In this document: piece by piece, positions 20,167 through 30,044 of the stretch | Layout: every line of letters begins with the position of its first letter | Numbering within the stretch: position 1 is the first letter of the stretch | NCBI GenBank assembly: GCA_002717365.1 | Contig: PBDJ01000034.1 | Location: 33,990 to 97,989 of the forward strand | Reading direction: 5' to 3' | DNA: 64,000 nt | Origin: Acidimicrobiaceae bacterium | Lineage (GTDB): Bacteria; Actinomycetota; Acidimicrobiia; Acidimicrobiales; MedAcidi-G1 | Made by a program: the position numbers and the translations under genes | The notes under the pieces: generated by a model | Database searches by the model: none | Told to the model about the DNA's origin: nothing | What the model saw: only the letters and a program-made list of their open reading frames with translations

Positions 20167-20505
20167 ATGTCGGATGCAGCGACGAACCTGTACGTCGACC
20201 CGCAGACCATGGGTTGGGTGGACGGGGCCCTGTGTGCAGGCAAAAGCGACCTGTTTTTTGCCCCATTCGCTGAACGTCCCGAGGCCCGGGTTCGACGCGA
20301 GGCACGGGCCTCCGAACTTTGTGCGGCCTGTCCGGCCATGGACACCTGCCGACAGCACGCCCGTGACCACCGGGAGCTGGGATTTTGGGGTGGCGAGTCA
20401 GAGGCAGAGCGGGCCACGGCCGGCTTCGCCCCAACTACCCCGATCATCGGACGCCGCCAAGTGGCCGCCCGCCGGGCCGCTGCTGCCCTGGCTGGGGTCG
20501 GCTGA
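20167..20505 (+). CDS. whiB: WhiB-family Fe-S transcription factor
   Basis: Four Cys with CAACPAMDTC (C-x2-C-x5-C) plus an upstream Cys, the GFWGG turn motif and a basic C-terminal tail. Confidence 0.9.
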   Translation: MSDAATNLYVDPQTMGWVDGALCAGKSDLFFAPFAERPEARVRREARASELCAACPAMDTCRQHARDHRELGFWGGESEAERATAGFAPTTPIIGRRQVAARRAAAALAGVG

Positions 20506-20563
20506 GCGGGCGACCATCCATTGCCGGTCACGGTTTCGGTAACCGGCCTCCGTCGACCGTCGG

Positions 20564-21334
20564 TCAGAGCCCCAGGAACCCACCTCCGTCCACCACCAAC
20601 GTCTGGCCGGTGACGTAGCGCGCCAGATCGCTAGCTAGGAACACCGCTGCCGAACCCACATCTTCAATGGGGTCACCGAGCCGCCCTAGTGGGGTTCGGC
20701 GCACCAGTCGTTCCTCGAGGACCGGGTTCGCTCTGCACGCTGCCGATAGAGCGTCGGTCAGCCCCAGCGGGGCGATGCAGTTCACCCGGATCCCGTCTGG
20801 GCCCCATTCGACAGCCAGTCCTTTGGCCAGGGTTCGTTGGGCGGCCTTCACCATGGCGTAGCCGGGGAGCGAGGCGCTCCCCTCTATGCCCGAAGCCGAA
20901 GTCATCACAACCATCGAACCGCCCGTCGCTCTTAGATGCGGGTAGGCGGCCCGGGCCCCGTCGAACACGGCACGCAGGGAGGTAGCCACCAGGGCGTCCC
21001 ACCGGTCGTGGTCGACTTCCTCTACGAGGCTCGGGGGGCCGGGCGAGGCCACAGCGTTGTGAACCAGGCAGTCCAACCGTCCATGGGTTGTCACGGTGGA
21101 CGCAACGGCGGCCTCGAGGTCCTCGGCCGATGTCACATCACACTGGACGCACCGGGCGTCATACCCGGCATCTCGGATAGCAGCGGCTGCCGGTTCACCG
21201 GTCTCCGGTCGGCGACAGGCCAGGACCACGACTGCCCCGTGGTGGGCCATGGCGGTGGCCATACCGAGGCCCAGACCAGAGCCGCCGCCGGTGATTAGGG
21301 CTACCCGGTCTCTAAGGAGGAGCGTTCCAGTCAC
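20564..21334 (-). CDS. short-chain dehydrogenase/reductase (SDR)
   Basis: ALITGGGSGLGLG, NAV and YAMVKAA (YxxxK). The GTG start overlaps the stop of the upstream gene (GTGA). Confidence 0.85.
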   Translation of the reverse strand: MTGTLLLRDRVALITGGGSGLGLGMATAMAHHGAVVVLACRRPETGEPAAAAIRDAGYDARCVQCDVTSAEDLEAAVASTVTTHGRLDCLVHNAVASPGPPSLVEEVDHDRWDALVATSLRAVFDGARAAYPHLRATGGSMVVMTSASGIEGSASLPGYAMVKAAQRTLAKGLAVEWGPDGIRVNCIAPLGLTDALSAACRANPVLEERLVRRTPLGRLGDPIEDVGSAAVFLASDLARYVTGQTLVVDGGGFLGL

Positions 21335-22011
21335 GGCGACATCCAGACGCCGCCGTCGGCGACCAGTGTGGCCCCGGTTAGGGCTGCCGAGGCCGGATCG
21401 GCCAGGAAGCTCAGGATCGGTGCTAGGTCGTAGATCGGATTACCCGGTCGGGCCAGGGCAGGATCGGCCAACGTGGTAGTAGCGGCCAGTGGCGCACCGG
21501 CGTCAGGTCCGAAGGCAACCTCAGGAGCCACGGCGAGGACCGCCGTTCCGATACCCTCGGATCCCCACTGGCGTGCTGCCCCCTTAGCTAGTGACCGAAT
21601 CCCCTCGGCAGCCGCCGCTGCCCCGGCAAATCCAGCGGCGCCTCCCAGAGCCACCGTGGGCACCACCCAGGTCAGCCGGGAGCCGCCGACCAGATGTGGT
21701 CGACATGCCCGGACCACGGCCAACGCTTCGGTCATCGGGGCTTCGCAAGCGGCCACCCAGTTAGATGTGGTCTGGTCAACCAGAGGAACAGGATCGATGG
21801 GTTGACGGGGAACGTGGACTACTAGGTCGGTCCGTCCCAGTAGGGCTACGGCGGTGTCGACGGCTGCTGTCAGGGCCTCTGGGTTTCCGAAGGAACGCGT
21901 GGCCACGGTGGCCACCATGTGTCCCCGGACGATCAGGCCTTCGTGTAGCCCTTCGGTTAGCGAGTCATCACCGACCAAAAGCGTCCGGACCTCACCTACC
22001 GTGGGCTCCAT
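21331..22011 (-). CDS. SDR-like protein with degenerate cofactor and catalytic motifs
   Basis: Rossmann-like layout, but TGxxxGxG is replaced by LLVGDDSLTEGL, and the YxxxK region reads FAGAAAAAEGIRSLAKG with no Tyr. Translationally coupled to the canonical SDR downstream. Confidence 0.6.
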   Translation of the reverse strand: MEPTVGEVRTLLVGDDSLTEGLHEGLIVRGHMVATVATRSFGNPEALTAAVDTAVALLGRTDLVVHVPRQPIDPVPLVDQTTSNWVAACEAPMTEALAVVRACRPHLVGGSRLTWVVPTVALGGAAGFAGAAAAAEGIRSLAKGAARQWGSEGIGTAVLAVAPEVAFGPDAGAPLAATTTLADPALARPGNPIYDLAPILSFLADPASAALTGATLVADGGVWMSP

Positions 22012-22063
22012 GCCTACCAGCTCAGTGCACAAGCCGTCGTGCCCGATCGGGACCCCTTGGGGA

Positions 22064-23329
22064 TCAGGGGAAGATGCCCCGCTGCTTGTAAACAACCTGG
22101 AGCCGACGCAGGGCGACCGCGTAGGCGGCGTCTCGCCGCGACGGCACCTCGAGTTCGGCGCGTAGGTCGGCCACTGAGTCGCAGGCCTGCCACAGGGTGT
22201 CTCGGAGTTTGAAGTCCACGTCCTCGTGGCTCCACCGTTGTGCTGAACGGTTTTGGAGCCACTCGAAGTACGAGACGATCACACCGCCAGCATTTACCAG
22301 AATGTCAGGTAGGACATCGATCCCCCGATCGGCCAGGATATGTTCGGCCTCCAGCGAGGTTGGGCCGTTGGCCGCTTCCACGACGACCCGGGCCTGGATC
22401 TGGTGCACGTTCTCGACCGTGATCTGGTTCTCCAGGGCGGCCGGCAAGAGGAGGTCGGCTGGGACGGCCCAGTAGTCGTCCGGGTCGATCCACATAGCCC
22501 TGGGGAAGCCGGCAACCGAGCCGTGCTCTCGGACCCAGTCGGTTAGTTCAAAGGCGTCGATGCCGTCCTCGTCGGCGATCGCCCCCCCGTGGTCGGCGAC
22601 GGCCACCACCCGGGCGCCGTGGACCTGGAGGATTCGACCAGCGGCTGAGCCCACGTTCCCAAAGCCCTGGAGGCTGGCCGTCGCTCCGACCAGATCAAAT
22701 CCCACCTCATCGGCCCAATGCTGGAGGCAGAACACCACACCCTGCCCGGTGGCCTTCTCCCGGCCGGGACTCCCCCCGGTTTCTAGTGTCTTACCGGTCA
22801 CAATTCGCTTGACGTTCTGACGCTCGGTCGTGCCGGTGGAGTTGGCGTAGGTATCCATCATCCACACCATTGACTGGGCGTTGCTGCCCAGGTCGGGGGC
22901 CGGGATGTCGTGGTCGGGCCCGATGTTTCCACCCAGTGCATGGGTGAACCGGCGTACCACCCGCTCTAGTTCGTCGACTTCCAGGGTGTTCGGGTCGAAC
23001 GAGATACCGCCCTTGGCCCCGCCGAATGGGATTTCACACAGGGCCGACTTCCAGGTCATCCACGAGGCCAGGGCCTTCACCTCGTCCAGGTCAACCAAGG
23101 AGTGGAAACGGACCCCACCTTTGTAGGGGCCAAGCAGATTGCTGTGTTGGATCCGGTAACCACGAAACACCCGGTAGGAGCCGTCGTTCATCCGAACTGG
23201 GAAGTTAACGATGACCTCGTTCTTGGGTTGTGAGAGGATCGATCGCAGGTCGTCAGGGAGGTCGATCAGGTCGGCTCCCCGTTCGAATTGGGCCAGCGCC
23301 GTGGCGAAGAGGCTGGTGGAGTCGGTCAT
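22064..23329 (-). CDS. gdhA: glutamate dehydrogenase (Glu/Leu/Phe/Val dehydrogenase family)
   Basis: GPYKGGVRFH, FGGAKGGI and GFGNVG Rossmann motifs. ATG 23329 (MTDSTSLF) is preferred over the long track ORF. Confidence 0.9.
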   Translation of the reverse strand: MTDSTSLFATALAQFERGADLIDLPDDLRSILSQPKNEVIVNFPVRMNDGSYRVFRGYRIQHSNLLGPYKGGVRFHSLVDLDEVKALASWMTWKSALCEIPFGGAKGGISFDPNTLEVDELERVVRRFTHALGGNIGPDHDIPAPDLGSNAQSMVWMMDTYANSTGTTERQNVKRIVTGKTLETGGSPGREKATGQGVVFCLQHWADEVGFDLVGATASLQGFGNVGSAAGRILQVHGARVVAVADHGGAIADEDGIDAFELTDWVREHGSVAGFPRAMWIDPDDYWAVPADLLLPAALENQITVENVHQIQARVVVEAANGPTSLEAEHILADRGIDVLPDILVNAGGVIVSYFEWLQNRSAQRWSHEDVDFKLRDTLWQACDSVADLRAELEVPSRRDAAYAVALRRLQVVYKQRGIFP

Positions 23330-23385
23330 CGGGATCCTTCGGACTTGGTGGGGATCGTCGTTGAAACCTGCCCCGAGAGGGGACG

Positions 23386-25734
23386 CTAGTCGCCTGTTCC
23401 GGTCCGCCGTCGGGCCAACCACCGGGGCACGGTGGCCACCAGGAGTCCACCCCCCACTGTGGCCATCGCGGCGACCAGCCAGACACGTGCATCGGGTACC
23501 ACAAGTTCGAAGTAATCCCGGGGGAAGTCCCACACCATGGTCAGTGCGTACCAGCCACCCATGGCGGCTGCCAGACCGACCTTCCAGGGCCGCAGGGGTC
23601 GGCTGATACCCAACAGAATGACCAGACTGATGGCCAGAAGCGTGAGGGTGGCAGCGGTGCGGGCCTCGGCCAGTGAGGCCTCGCTCCGTCGTACCACCTC
23701 GTAGGCGGTGAAGGTTGCCGCAGCGGCCACCGTTCCTACCGGCGCGGCGTAGCGCAACACACGGGGGAGGAACCCTGACCGGACCAGCGAGGCGTCGGGA
23801 GCCAGGGCCAGGAAGAAGCCGGGAACGCCCACGGAGATCGTCCCGATAAGGGTCAACTGCTTGGGTAGGAACGGAAACGGCACGCCGAAAAGGCCCACTA
23901 GGGCAGTTAACAGGACGGCGTAGGTGGCCTTGGCGATGAACAGGTTGGCCACCCGTTCCACGTTGTTGATGACCCGCCGACCCTCGGCCATCACTCGGGG
24001 CAAGGTGGCGAACTGATCGTCGAGTAGTACCAGCTGGGCCACGGCCCGGGTGGCAGAGCTACCCGACCCCATGGCGATGCCCATGTCGGCATCTTTGAGA
24101 GCCAGGACGTCATTCACTCCGTCTCCGGTCATAGCGACCGTGTGACCCCGAGCTTGCAGGGCGTCGACCATGTCCCGCTTTTGGTGAGGGGTAACCCGGC
24201 CGAAGACCGCCGAGCCGACTACCGCGTCAGCCAGAGCCTTCGAGTCGGCGGGGAGTGTGCGGGCGTCGACTCCCGTTTGTGCGTCGGGGATGCCGGCCCG
24301 TCGAGCTACGGCCGCTGCTGTCTCCGGGTGGTCGCCTGAGACGACCTTCAGGGTCACCCCCTGGTCGACGAACCAGGACAGGATTTCCGGGGCGTCCGGC
24401 TTCACGGTGTCCTCCAGGAGGACCAGACACATGGGTAGGCGGGCCGCCGGGAGCACATCGGGATCGCACGTTCCGGGGGCTGACCGGGTGAGGACCAGGA
24501 CCCGCTGTCCGGTAGCGGCCAGGTCGGCCACCCGATCCCGAGCCGTGGCCCACTCACCCTCGGGGAGTAGGACGTCCGGGGCTCCCAGATGCAGGGTGCC
24601 GTGGTCGCCGAAGTCTGTGGCTGCCCACTTGCGGGCCGAGGAGAAGGGCACCATGGCGTCAGCTGACCAGCCGGGGTCGTCCAGGGCGGCAACCAGAGCG
24701 GCCAGAGTGGCGTTGGGTGAAGGGTCGACTCCAGCCATGGCGCCGACCGCAACTGTCGCCTCGTTCTCGCTGGTAGCGCCGATGGTCTCCAGGCCGGCGA
24801 AAGCGATCTCCCCGGTGGTGATGGTGCCCGTTTTGTCGAGGCACAACACGTCGACCCGGGCCAGCAGTTCGACGGAGGCCAGCTCGCGGGCCAGGGCCCG
24901 TCGCCGGGCTAGGGCCACCACGCCCACGATGAACGAGAGGCTGGTCAGTAGGACCAGCCCGTCAGGGACCATGGCCACCGCGGCGGCCACTGTTCCCCGG
25001 AGGGCCTCTTCCCAACGGTCCTCGGTGACCAGCAGGCGGAGCAGGAGCAGGCCGGCGGCTGGAGGGATGATGAGGGTCAGCCACCACAGAATGACGTCAA
25101 CCCCCGAGCGGAGTTCGCTATCCACCAGCTTGAACCGTCGCGCCTCCTCGGCCAGAGAGGCGGCATACGAGCCGGCTCCGATCCGGGTCGCTCGGTAGTG
25201 GCCCGAACCTGCCGAAACGAAACTGCCCGAGAGGATCTCGTCGCCAACCGTCTTGTCGACCGGGTCGGCCTCTCCGGTTAGCAGGGACTCGTCGACTTCC
25301 AGCCCGGTGGCTGCCACGACCGTTCCGTCGACTACCACCTGGTCGCCCGGTTCAAGCGCCAGAAGCTCATCGGCCACTACCTCGGAGACCGGCACCTCGT
25401 TGGTAGCTGCCTCGCGGACTACTCGGGCCCGGGGGGCCGAGAGCACGGCCAAGGTGGTCAGCGTTCGTCGGGCCCGCAATTCTTGGAAGGTGCCGATCAC
25501 GCTGTTGGAGACAATGACTCCGGCGAATAGGGCGTCACCCGGGAAGCCGGCTACCAGGATGACGGCCAACAGGCTGCCCATGATGGCGTTGACCGGAGTG
25601 AGGACGTTGGCTCGCAGGATCTGTCTCGTGGTGCGGACCGGAGCATCGGGTACGTCGTTCACCCGGCCATCGGCCCGGCGAGCGGCGACGTCGGCGGCGC
25701 TCAGGCCGGCCATGTCGGGCGATGCAGAGTCCAT
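23386..25734 (-). CDS. cation-translocating P-type ATPase (P2-like; metal specificity not assignable)
   Basis: TGE, phosphorylation motif CLDKTGTITTGE, and hinge MTGDGVNDVLALKDADMGIAMG. About 10 predicted TM segments. Confidence 0.9.
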   Translation of the reverse strand: MDSASPDMAGLSAADVAARRADGRVNDVPDAPVRTTRQILRANVLTPVNAIMGSLLAVILVAGFPGDALFAGVIVSNSVIGTFQELRARRTLTTLAVLSAPRARVVREAATNEVPVSEVVADELLALEPGDQVVVDGTVVAATGLEVDESLLTGEADPVDKTVGDEILSGSFVSAGSGHYRATRIGAGSYAASLAEEARRFKLVDSELRSGVDVILWWLTLIIPPAAGLLLLRLLVTEDRWEEALRGTVAAAVAMVPDGLVLLTSLSFIVGVVALARRRALARELASVELLARVDVLCLDKTGTITTGEIAFAGLETIGATSENEATVAVGAMAGVDPSPNATLAALVAALDDPGWSADAMVPFSSARKWAATDFGDHGTLHLGAPDVLLPEGEWATARDRVADLAATGQRVLVLTRSAPGTCDPDVLPAARLPMCLVLLEDTVKPDAPEILSWFVDQGVTLKVVSGDHPETAAAVARRAGIPDAQTGVDARTLPADSKALADAVVGSAVFGRVTPHQKRDMVDALQARGHTVAMTGDGVNDVLALKDADMGIAMGSGSSATRAVAQLVLLDDQFATLPRVMAEGRRVINNVERVANLFIAKATYAVLLTALVGLFGVPFPFLPKQLTLIGTISVGVPGFFLALAPDASLVRSGFLPRVLRYAAPVGTVAAAATFTAYEVVRRSEASLAEARTAATLTLLAISLVILLGISRPLRPWKVGLAAAMGGWYALTMVWDFPRDYFELVVPDARVWLVAAMATVGGGLLVATVPRWLARRRTGTGD

Positions 25735-25778
25735 GGCCGCTGATGGTAGGTCGGCCGGGGCCGTTGACCCGGGCGTGA

Positions 25779-26528
25779 TCAGGTCCGGTCGTCCTGGAAG
25801 GAGTATCGGTCCTCAGCCATAGTCAGCCGATGTCGTGGTCCGGACCGTGACGGGTCGCCGTCCTCGTAGCCGGCGTCGCCTTCCCACATGGCCACCGGGC
25901 CGTCGTTGGTCCGGGCCATATGGGTCTCGTAGAGGGTCGGTTCGGTGGCGGTCAGGGCGGTCAGGGCGGCGGTGACATCACCGAACCCGTTTAGCCGGTA
26001 CAGGGTCATCCAGGTCGGCGGGGCCAACTCGATCTCCCCAGCGTCACGGCGGGCCAAGGCGTCGTCAGGTCGCATCCACTCGTGTTCGGTGATCTCGCCC
26101 TCGTCGACAGTAACCGTGCCTGCTGCGTCGTCCAGCCGGGCAGCGAAGAAGAAGGTGGCGTAGCGGCGGGGCATGACTGGTGGAGGCACCCAGTGGGCGA
26201 ACCAGACCAGGCCTTTTGGATCAACGACTACGGAGGCCTCCTCGGAGGCCTCGCGCACAGCGGCCGCAGCGGCCGTGGTCAACTCGTCGATCCGCCCGTC
26301 GGCGCCAGCCACGGTGTCTTCCTCGTCGATCCGCCCGCCCGGGAATACCCACATTCCGCCAAAGGCGATCTTCGAGTTCCTGTGGAGCATGAGGGCCTCC
26401 AGCCCGGTTGCGGCGTCCCGCAGGACGACCACGGTGGCCGCCGGGATGAGCTTCGAGTCCCCGAACTCTTCGTGGTTTCGGGCGTAGGCGTCGTAGCGCC
26501 GGTGGTCCCGGTGCTCGGACGACGTCAC
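25779..26528 (-). CDS. NUDIX hydrolase
   Basis: Nudix-box-like GGMWVFPGGRIDEEDT....AAVREASEEA. 4-nt overlap with the upstream CoA-transferase gene. Confidence 0.8.
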   Translation of the reverse strand: MTSSEHRDHRRYDAYARNHEEFGDSKLIPAATVVVLRDAATGLEALMLHRNSKIAFGGMWVFPGGRIDEEDTVAGADGRIDELTTAAAAAVREASEEASVVVDPKGLVWFAHWVPPPVMPRRYATFFFAARLDDAAGTVTVDEGEITEHEWMRPDDALARRDAGEIELAPPTWMTLYRLNGFGDVTAALTALTATEPTLYETHMARTNDGPVAMWEGDAGYEDGDPSRSGPRHRLTMAEDRYSFQDDRT

Positions 26529-27712
26529 CGAATCACGCCGGCAGATCGCAACCGTTTTATTTGGTCACCTCGTCCGGTCTCGGCGGTGACCTCGTCGGAG
26601 TGCTGTCCCAGGGTGGGCGCTGCCGGTTCCCGGAACTCCGCCGGGGTGCCGTGGAACCGGGTCGGCGACCGGTGGTGTCGGATCCGCCCGGCGGTCGGGT
26701 GATCGAACTCGGTGAATAGAGCGTTGGCCACTACCTGCGGGTCGTGGGCCACCTCGTCGACGTGCCGCACGATGCCGAATGGGACGCCGTTGTGTTCCAG
26801 ACGGACTTCAGCCTCCGCCGCGGTGAGTTGCCGGGCGTTTTCTCGGACCTGGAGGTGGAAGTTCCGGGTCTTGTCGGGGTGAGCCACCCGGTTCCTCACG
26901 GTGGCCAGGTCGGGGTCGGAGCTGTCCACGCCCATGGCCCGGGCGAGGCCGTGGAACTCCTCGTCGTCGGGAACGGCGACTGTGGCGAACCCGTCGCGGA
27001 AGGCAAACGGGGTGTTGTAGGCGGCCACGGCCTGGGGTCCTGAGTGGTCGCCATCCAGGATTACCTCGTGGTCGGCGGCGTCCACGAACATGAAGGCGAT
27101 GCAGGCGTCCAGCATGGACAGCTCTAGGTGCTGTCCACCGGAACCTCGCTCCCGGGCCAGAAGGGCGGCCGTGATTGCCTGGCAGGCCGTGTAGGCCGTG
27201 ACCTTGTCGCAGATCAGCTGTTTGATGAGCTTGGGTTGGTCGTCGTGGATACCAGTCTGGCTGGCCGCTAGTCCCGACTGGCCCTGAATCACTGTGTCGT
27301 AGACCCGGCGCTGGCTGTAGGGACCGTCGGGGCCGAAGCCGGTTAGGTCGGCATAGACGATGTCGGGGCGAAGGGCTCTGATGTCCTCGAAGGCCACGCC
27401 GAGGCGTTCGGCCACCCCGGGCCGGAAGTTCTGGACGAACACGTCAGCTTCGGCCACCAGGTCGTGCAGGATGGCCAATCCCTCCTCCTGGCGGAGATCC
27501 AGCACGATGGATCGCTTGCCCCGGTTAGCTATCTGGAACATGGCCGACACGCCGGCCATCGAGGTACCCAGCCAACGGATGACGTCGCCGATGGGAGCCT
27601 GCTCGATCTTGATGCATTCGGCGCCCTGGTCGACCAGCATCCCGGTGGCCAGCGGTCCGGTGAGGGCCACCGACAGGTCAACGATGCGGATTCCGTCGAG
27701 GGGGCCGGGCAT
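26525..27712 (-). CDS. family III CoA-transferase (CaiB/BaiF-like)
   Basis: GPLDGIRIVDLSVALTGPLATGMLVDQGAECIKIE is the typical N-terminus. About 395 aa. Confidence 0.85.
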   Translation of the reverse strand: MPGPLDGIRIVDLSVALTGPLATGMLVDQGAECIKIEQAPIGDVIRWLGTSMAGVSAMFQIANRGKRSIVLDLRQEEGLAILHDLVAEADVFVQNFRPGVAERLGVAFEDIRALRPDIVYADLTGFGPDGPYSQRRVYDTVIQGQSGLAASQTGIHDDQPKLIKQLICDKVTAYTACQAITAALLARERGSGGQHLELSMLDACIAFMFVDAADHEVILDGDHSGPQAVAAYNTPFAFRDGFATVAVPDDEEFHGLARAMGVDSSDPDLATVRNRVAHPDKTRNFHLQVRENARQLTAAEAEVRLEHNGVPFGIVRHVDEVAHDPQVVANALFTEFDHPTAGRIRHHRSPTRFHGTPAEFREPAAPTLGQHSDEVTAETGRGDQIKRLRSAGVIR

Positions 27713-27811
27713 GGTGCGACGGTAGCCGTGGCATCCGGCGGTGGATGAGCCGGACGGTGGGCGCCTACGGTCGGTGGACTCACAGGTATCCGGTGATCGG
27801 AGGGAGAGGCT

Positions 27812-28633
27812 GTGATCGAGCAGTTGGAGGGTCGGGTGGCCGTGGTGACCGGAGCGGCGTCGGGCATCGGGCTGGCCATGGTGGAGGCGTTCCTAGGTGA
27901 GGGGATGTCGGTCGTTTTGTCGGACCTGGACGGTCCCGAGTTGGATGCCCAAGTGGCCCGGCTGTCGGCCGACGGTGGTGACGTTTGTGGCGTGGTGTGC
28001 GACGTAGCCGATCCGGATGCCGTAGCCAGGCTGGCCGCGCAGTGCTGGGAGCGGTACGGCGACGTGCACGTCTTGTGCAACAACGCTGGTGTTGGGCCGA
28101 CCGGACCCATGCTGGCCACCACGCCGGCCGAGTGGCGGTGGACGATCGGCGTCAACGTGCTGGGGGTAGCTCATGGCGTTACGACGTTCGCCCCTCGGAT
28201 GGTGGAGGCGGGCGTCGGCCATATCGTCAACGTGTCGTCCCAGGCTGGCGTGATGACCTCCGAGCTCTTGGGCATGTACTGCGCGTCCAAGCACGCTGTG
28301 GTTGGCCTGTCCGAGGCTCTTTACCGCGAGTTGGAGTCGACGCCGGTAGGGGTGTCGTGCCTATGCCCGGAGTTCGTCCGGACGCAGGTTTTCGACGTGG
28401 CCCGGGTCCGTCCGGACTGGGTGGAGGTCGAGGACGGACACGACGCCATGATTCCCGGCCTGTCGGCTGTGCTTGAGGAGCGGGGCATCGAGCCGGCTGC
28501 CGTGGCCGCTCGGGTGGTGGACGCCGTCCGTGCTGACCGATTCTGGGTGTTCACCCATCCGTTTACCGTGGGGTTCGCCGAGAGGCGAATCGAGGACCTC
28601 CGAGCTGACCGAAACCCGGAGCCTCTGCGCTGA
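27812..28633 (+). CDS. SDR oxidoreductase
   Basis: VAVVTGAASGIGLA, NNAG and YCASKHAV. Confidence 0.85.
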   Translation: MIEQLEGRVAVVTGAASGIGLAMVEAFLGEGMSVVLSDLDGPELDAQVARLSADGGDVCGVVCDVADPDAVARLAAQCWERYGDVHVLCNNAGVGPTGPMLATTPAEWRWTIGVNVLGVAHGVTTFAPRMVEAGVGHIVNVSSQAGVMTSELLGMYCASKHAVVGLSEALYRELESTPVGVSCLCPEFVRTQVFDVARVRPDWVEVEDGHDAMIPGLSAVLEERGIEPAAVAARVVDAVRADRFWVFTHPFTVGFAERRIEDLRADRNPEPLR

Positions 28634-28666
28634 GGTCGGCCATCAAGGTTTCCAACCTCCGGGGGT

Positions 28667-29494
28667 TCAACCTCCGAGGTCGTAGCGCGAGAAGTCGACC
28701 TGACCGGTAGTCATGGCGGCCATGAAGCCCCCATCGATGATCAGGTTGACGCCGTTCACGTAGCTGGCCGCCCGGTCGCTACCCAGGAACAGCAGGGCCG
28801 GAGCCATTTCGTCAGGCGTGGCCGGTCGGCCGATCCCGGCGTCGGTGGCCATCTGGATAGCCCCCTCGCCCATGGCTTCTCGGAAGTCGACCAAGATCTT
28901 GGTGTCGGTTACGCCGGGGCAGATGCTGTTCACCCGCACTCCGGCCTTCACGGCGGTGGCCGACCGCCACATGGTCCAGTACTGGACGCACTCCTTGGAG
29001 AAGCTGTAGCCGTCGCCGAGTAGTTCCTCGCGGCCGTTCAGCCAAGAGTCACCGTCGGCGAAACTATCGGCGGCCATCAACTCGGAAAGTTCGGCCACGT
29101 GGTTGGTCCATCCGCCGCCAGCCAACGAGGCGACGCTGGTGATCGAGCCGCCAGGGGCGATGCGGTCGAAGATGGCCTCGGAGAGGTGGCGGAGGCCGAG
29201 GAAGTTGACCCTCATGACGGTGCGGGCGTCGAAGCGGGTGCCACCTGGGATCCCGGCGCAGTTCACCAAGGCGTGGATCCGGTCAGGCAGGTCGGCCAGC
29301 GCGATATCGATAGATGCAGGGTCGCCAATGTCCACGCGGTGGGCAGAGGCCACCGGGCCGGCGACGTCGACGATGTCCACGGCGTGGATCTCGGCGCCCA
29401 GGGTGTCCAGCAGGGCCACCGTCTCGGCGCCCATACCGGTGGCGGCGCCGGTGACCACCACGGTCCGGCCGTTGTAGTCGAGAGGATGGGCCAT
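28667..29494 (-). CDS. SDR oxidoreductase
   Basis: TVVVTGAATGMG and YSFSKE. ATG 29494 (MAHPLDYNGR) is preferred over the longer track ORF. Confidence 0.8.
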   Translation of the reverse strand: MAHPLDYNGRTVVVTGAATGMGAETVALLDTLGAEIHAVDIVDVAGPVASAHRVDIGDPASIDIALADLPDRIHALVNCAGIPGGTRFDARTVMRVNFLGLRHLSEAIFDRIAPGGSITSVASLAGGGWTNHVAELSELMAADSFADGDSWLNGREELLGDGYSFSKECVQYWTMWRSATAVKAGVRVNSICPGVTDTKILVDFREAMGEGAIQMATDAGIGRPATPDEMAPALLFLGSDRAASYVNGVNLIIDGGFMAAMTTGQVDFSRYDLGG

Positions 29495-29541
29495 GGTCGG
29501 TTCCTCTATCCCCGTTGGGTGGGGCATCGAGGGCGTGGCGG

Positions 29542-29967
29542 TCAGAAAGGAGCCCGGTCGAACCACGCTGACTCCTCGCGAAGTCGGTGGCTACGCCAGC
29601 CGTCAGCGGTGCGGACTAGGTCATGGTGGTACCAGCCGCCGGTGAACCAGGTATCGCCCCCGGCTAGGCGAAGCGGGTTGGTGAACACCGCCGTGACCCG
29701 GGCCTCGTCACCATCCACGACAGCGTCCACGTTGCCCACCAGATGCTGGGTCATCTCGAAGCCGGACAAGGTGGCGTCTAAGAAGGCCACCACCTCGTCG
29801 ACCGTCCCGGCGATGCCACCGGCCGACGTGTAGTCCACCTCAGCGTCAGCGGTGAACACCGACCGGTAAAGGTTCCAGTCCTGCCGATCCACGGCCGTGG
29901 CATAGCGAGTCAGTAGGTCCTCGATGGCTAGGCGGTCAGCGAGGGCGTCAATCCGGTCGTCGGGCAC
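29542..29967 (-). CDS. SnoaL-like / NTF2-fold protein
   Basis: LAIEDLLTRYATAVDRQDWNLYRSVFTADAEVDY is typical of SnoaL_4/NTF2-like proteins. The GTG 29967 start is tentative; the track ORF extends into the divergent P450 promoter region. Confidence 0.6.
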   Translation of the reverse strand: MPDDRIDALADRLAIEDLLTRYATAVDRQDWNLYRSVFTADAEVDYTSAGGIAGTVDEVVAFLDATLSGFEMTQHLVGNVDAVVDGDEARVTAVFTNPLRLAGGDTWFTGGWYHHDLVRTADGWRSHRLREESAWFDRAPF

Positions 29968-30044
29968 CCCCCCGAATCTAGGAGGTGGCCGGATCGGGAT
30001 CCGGATCGGGCCGCCGGCCGATCCTCGGCCTAGGTTCGAGGACC

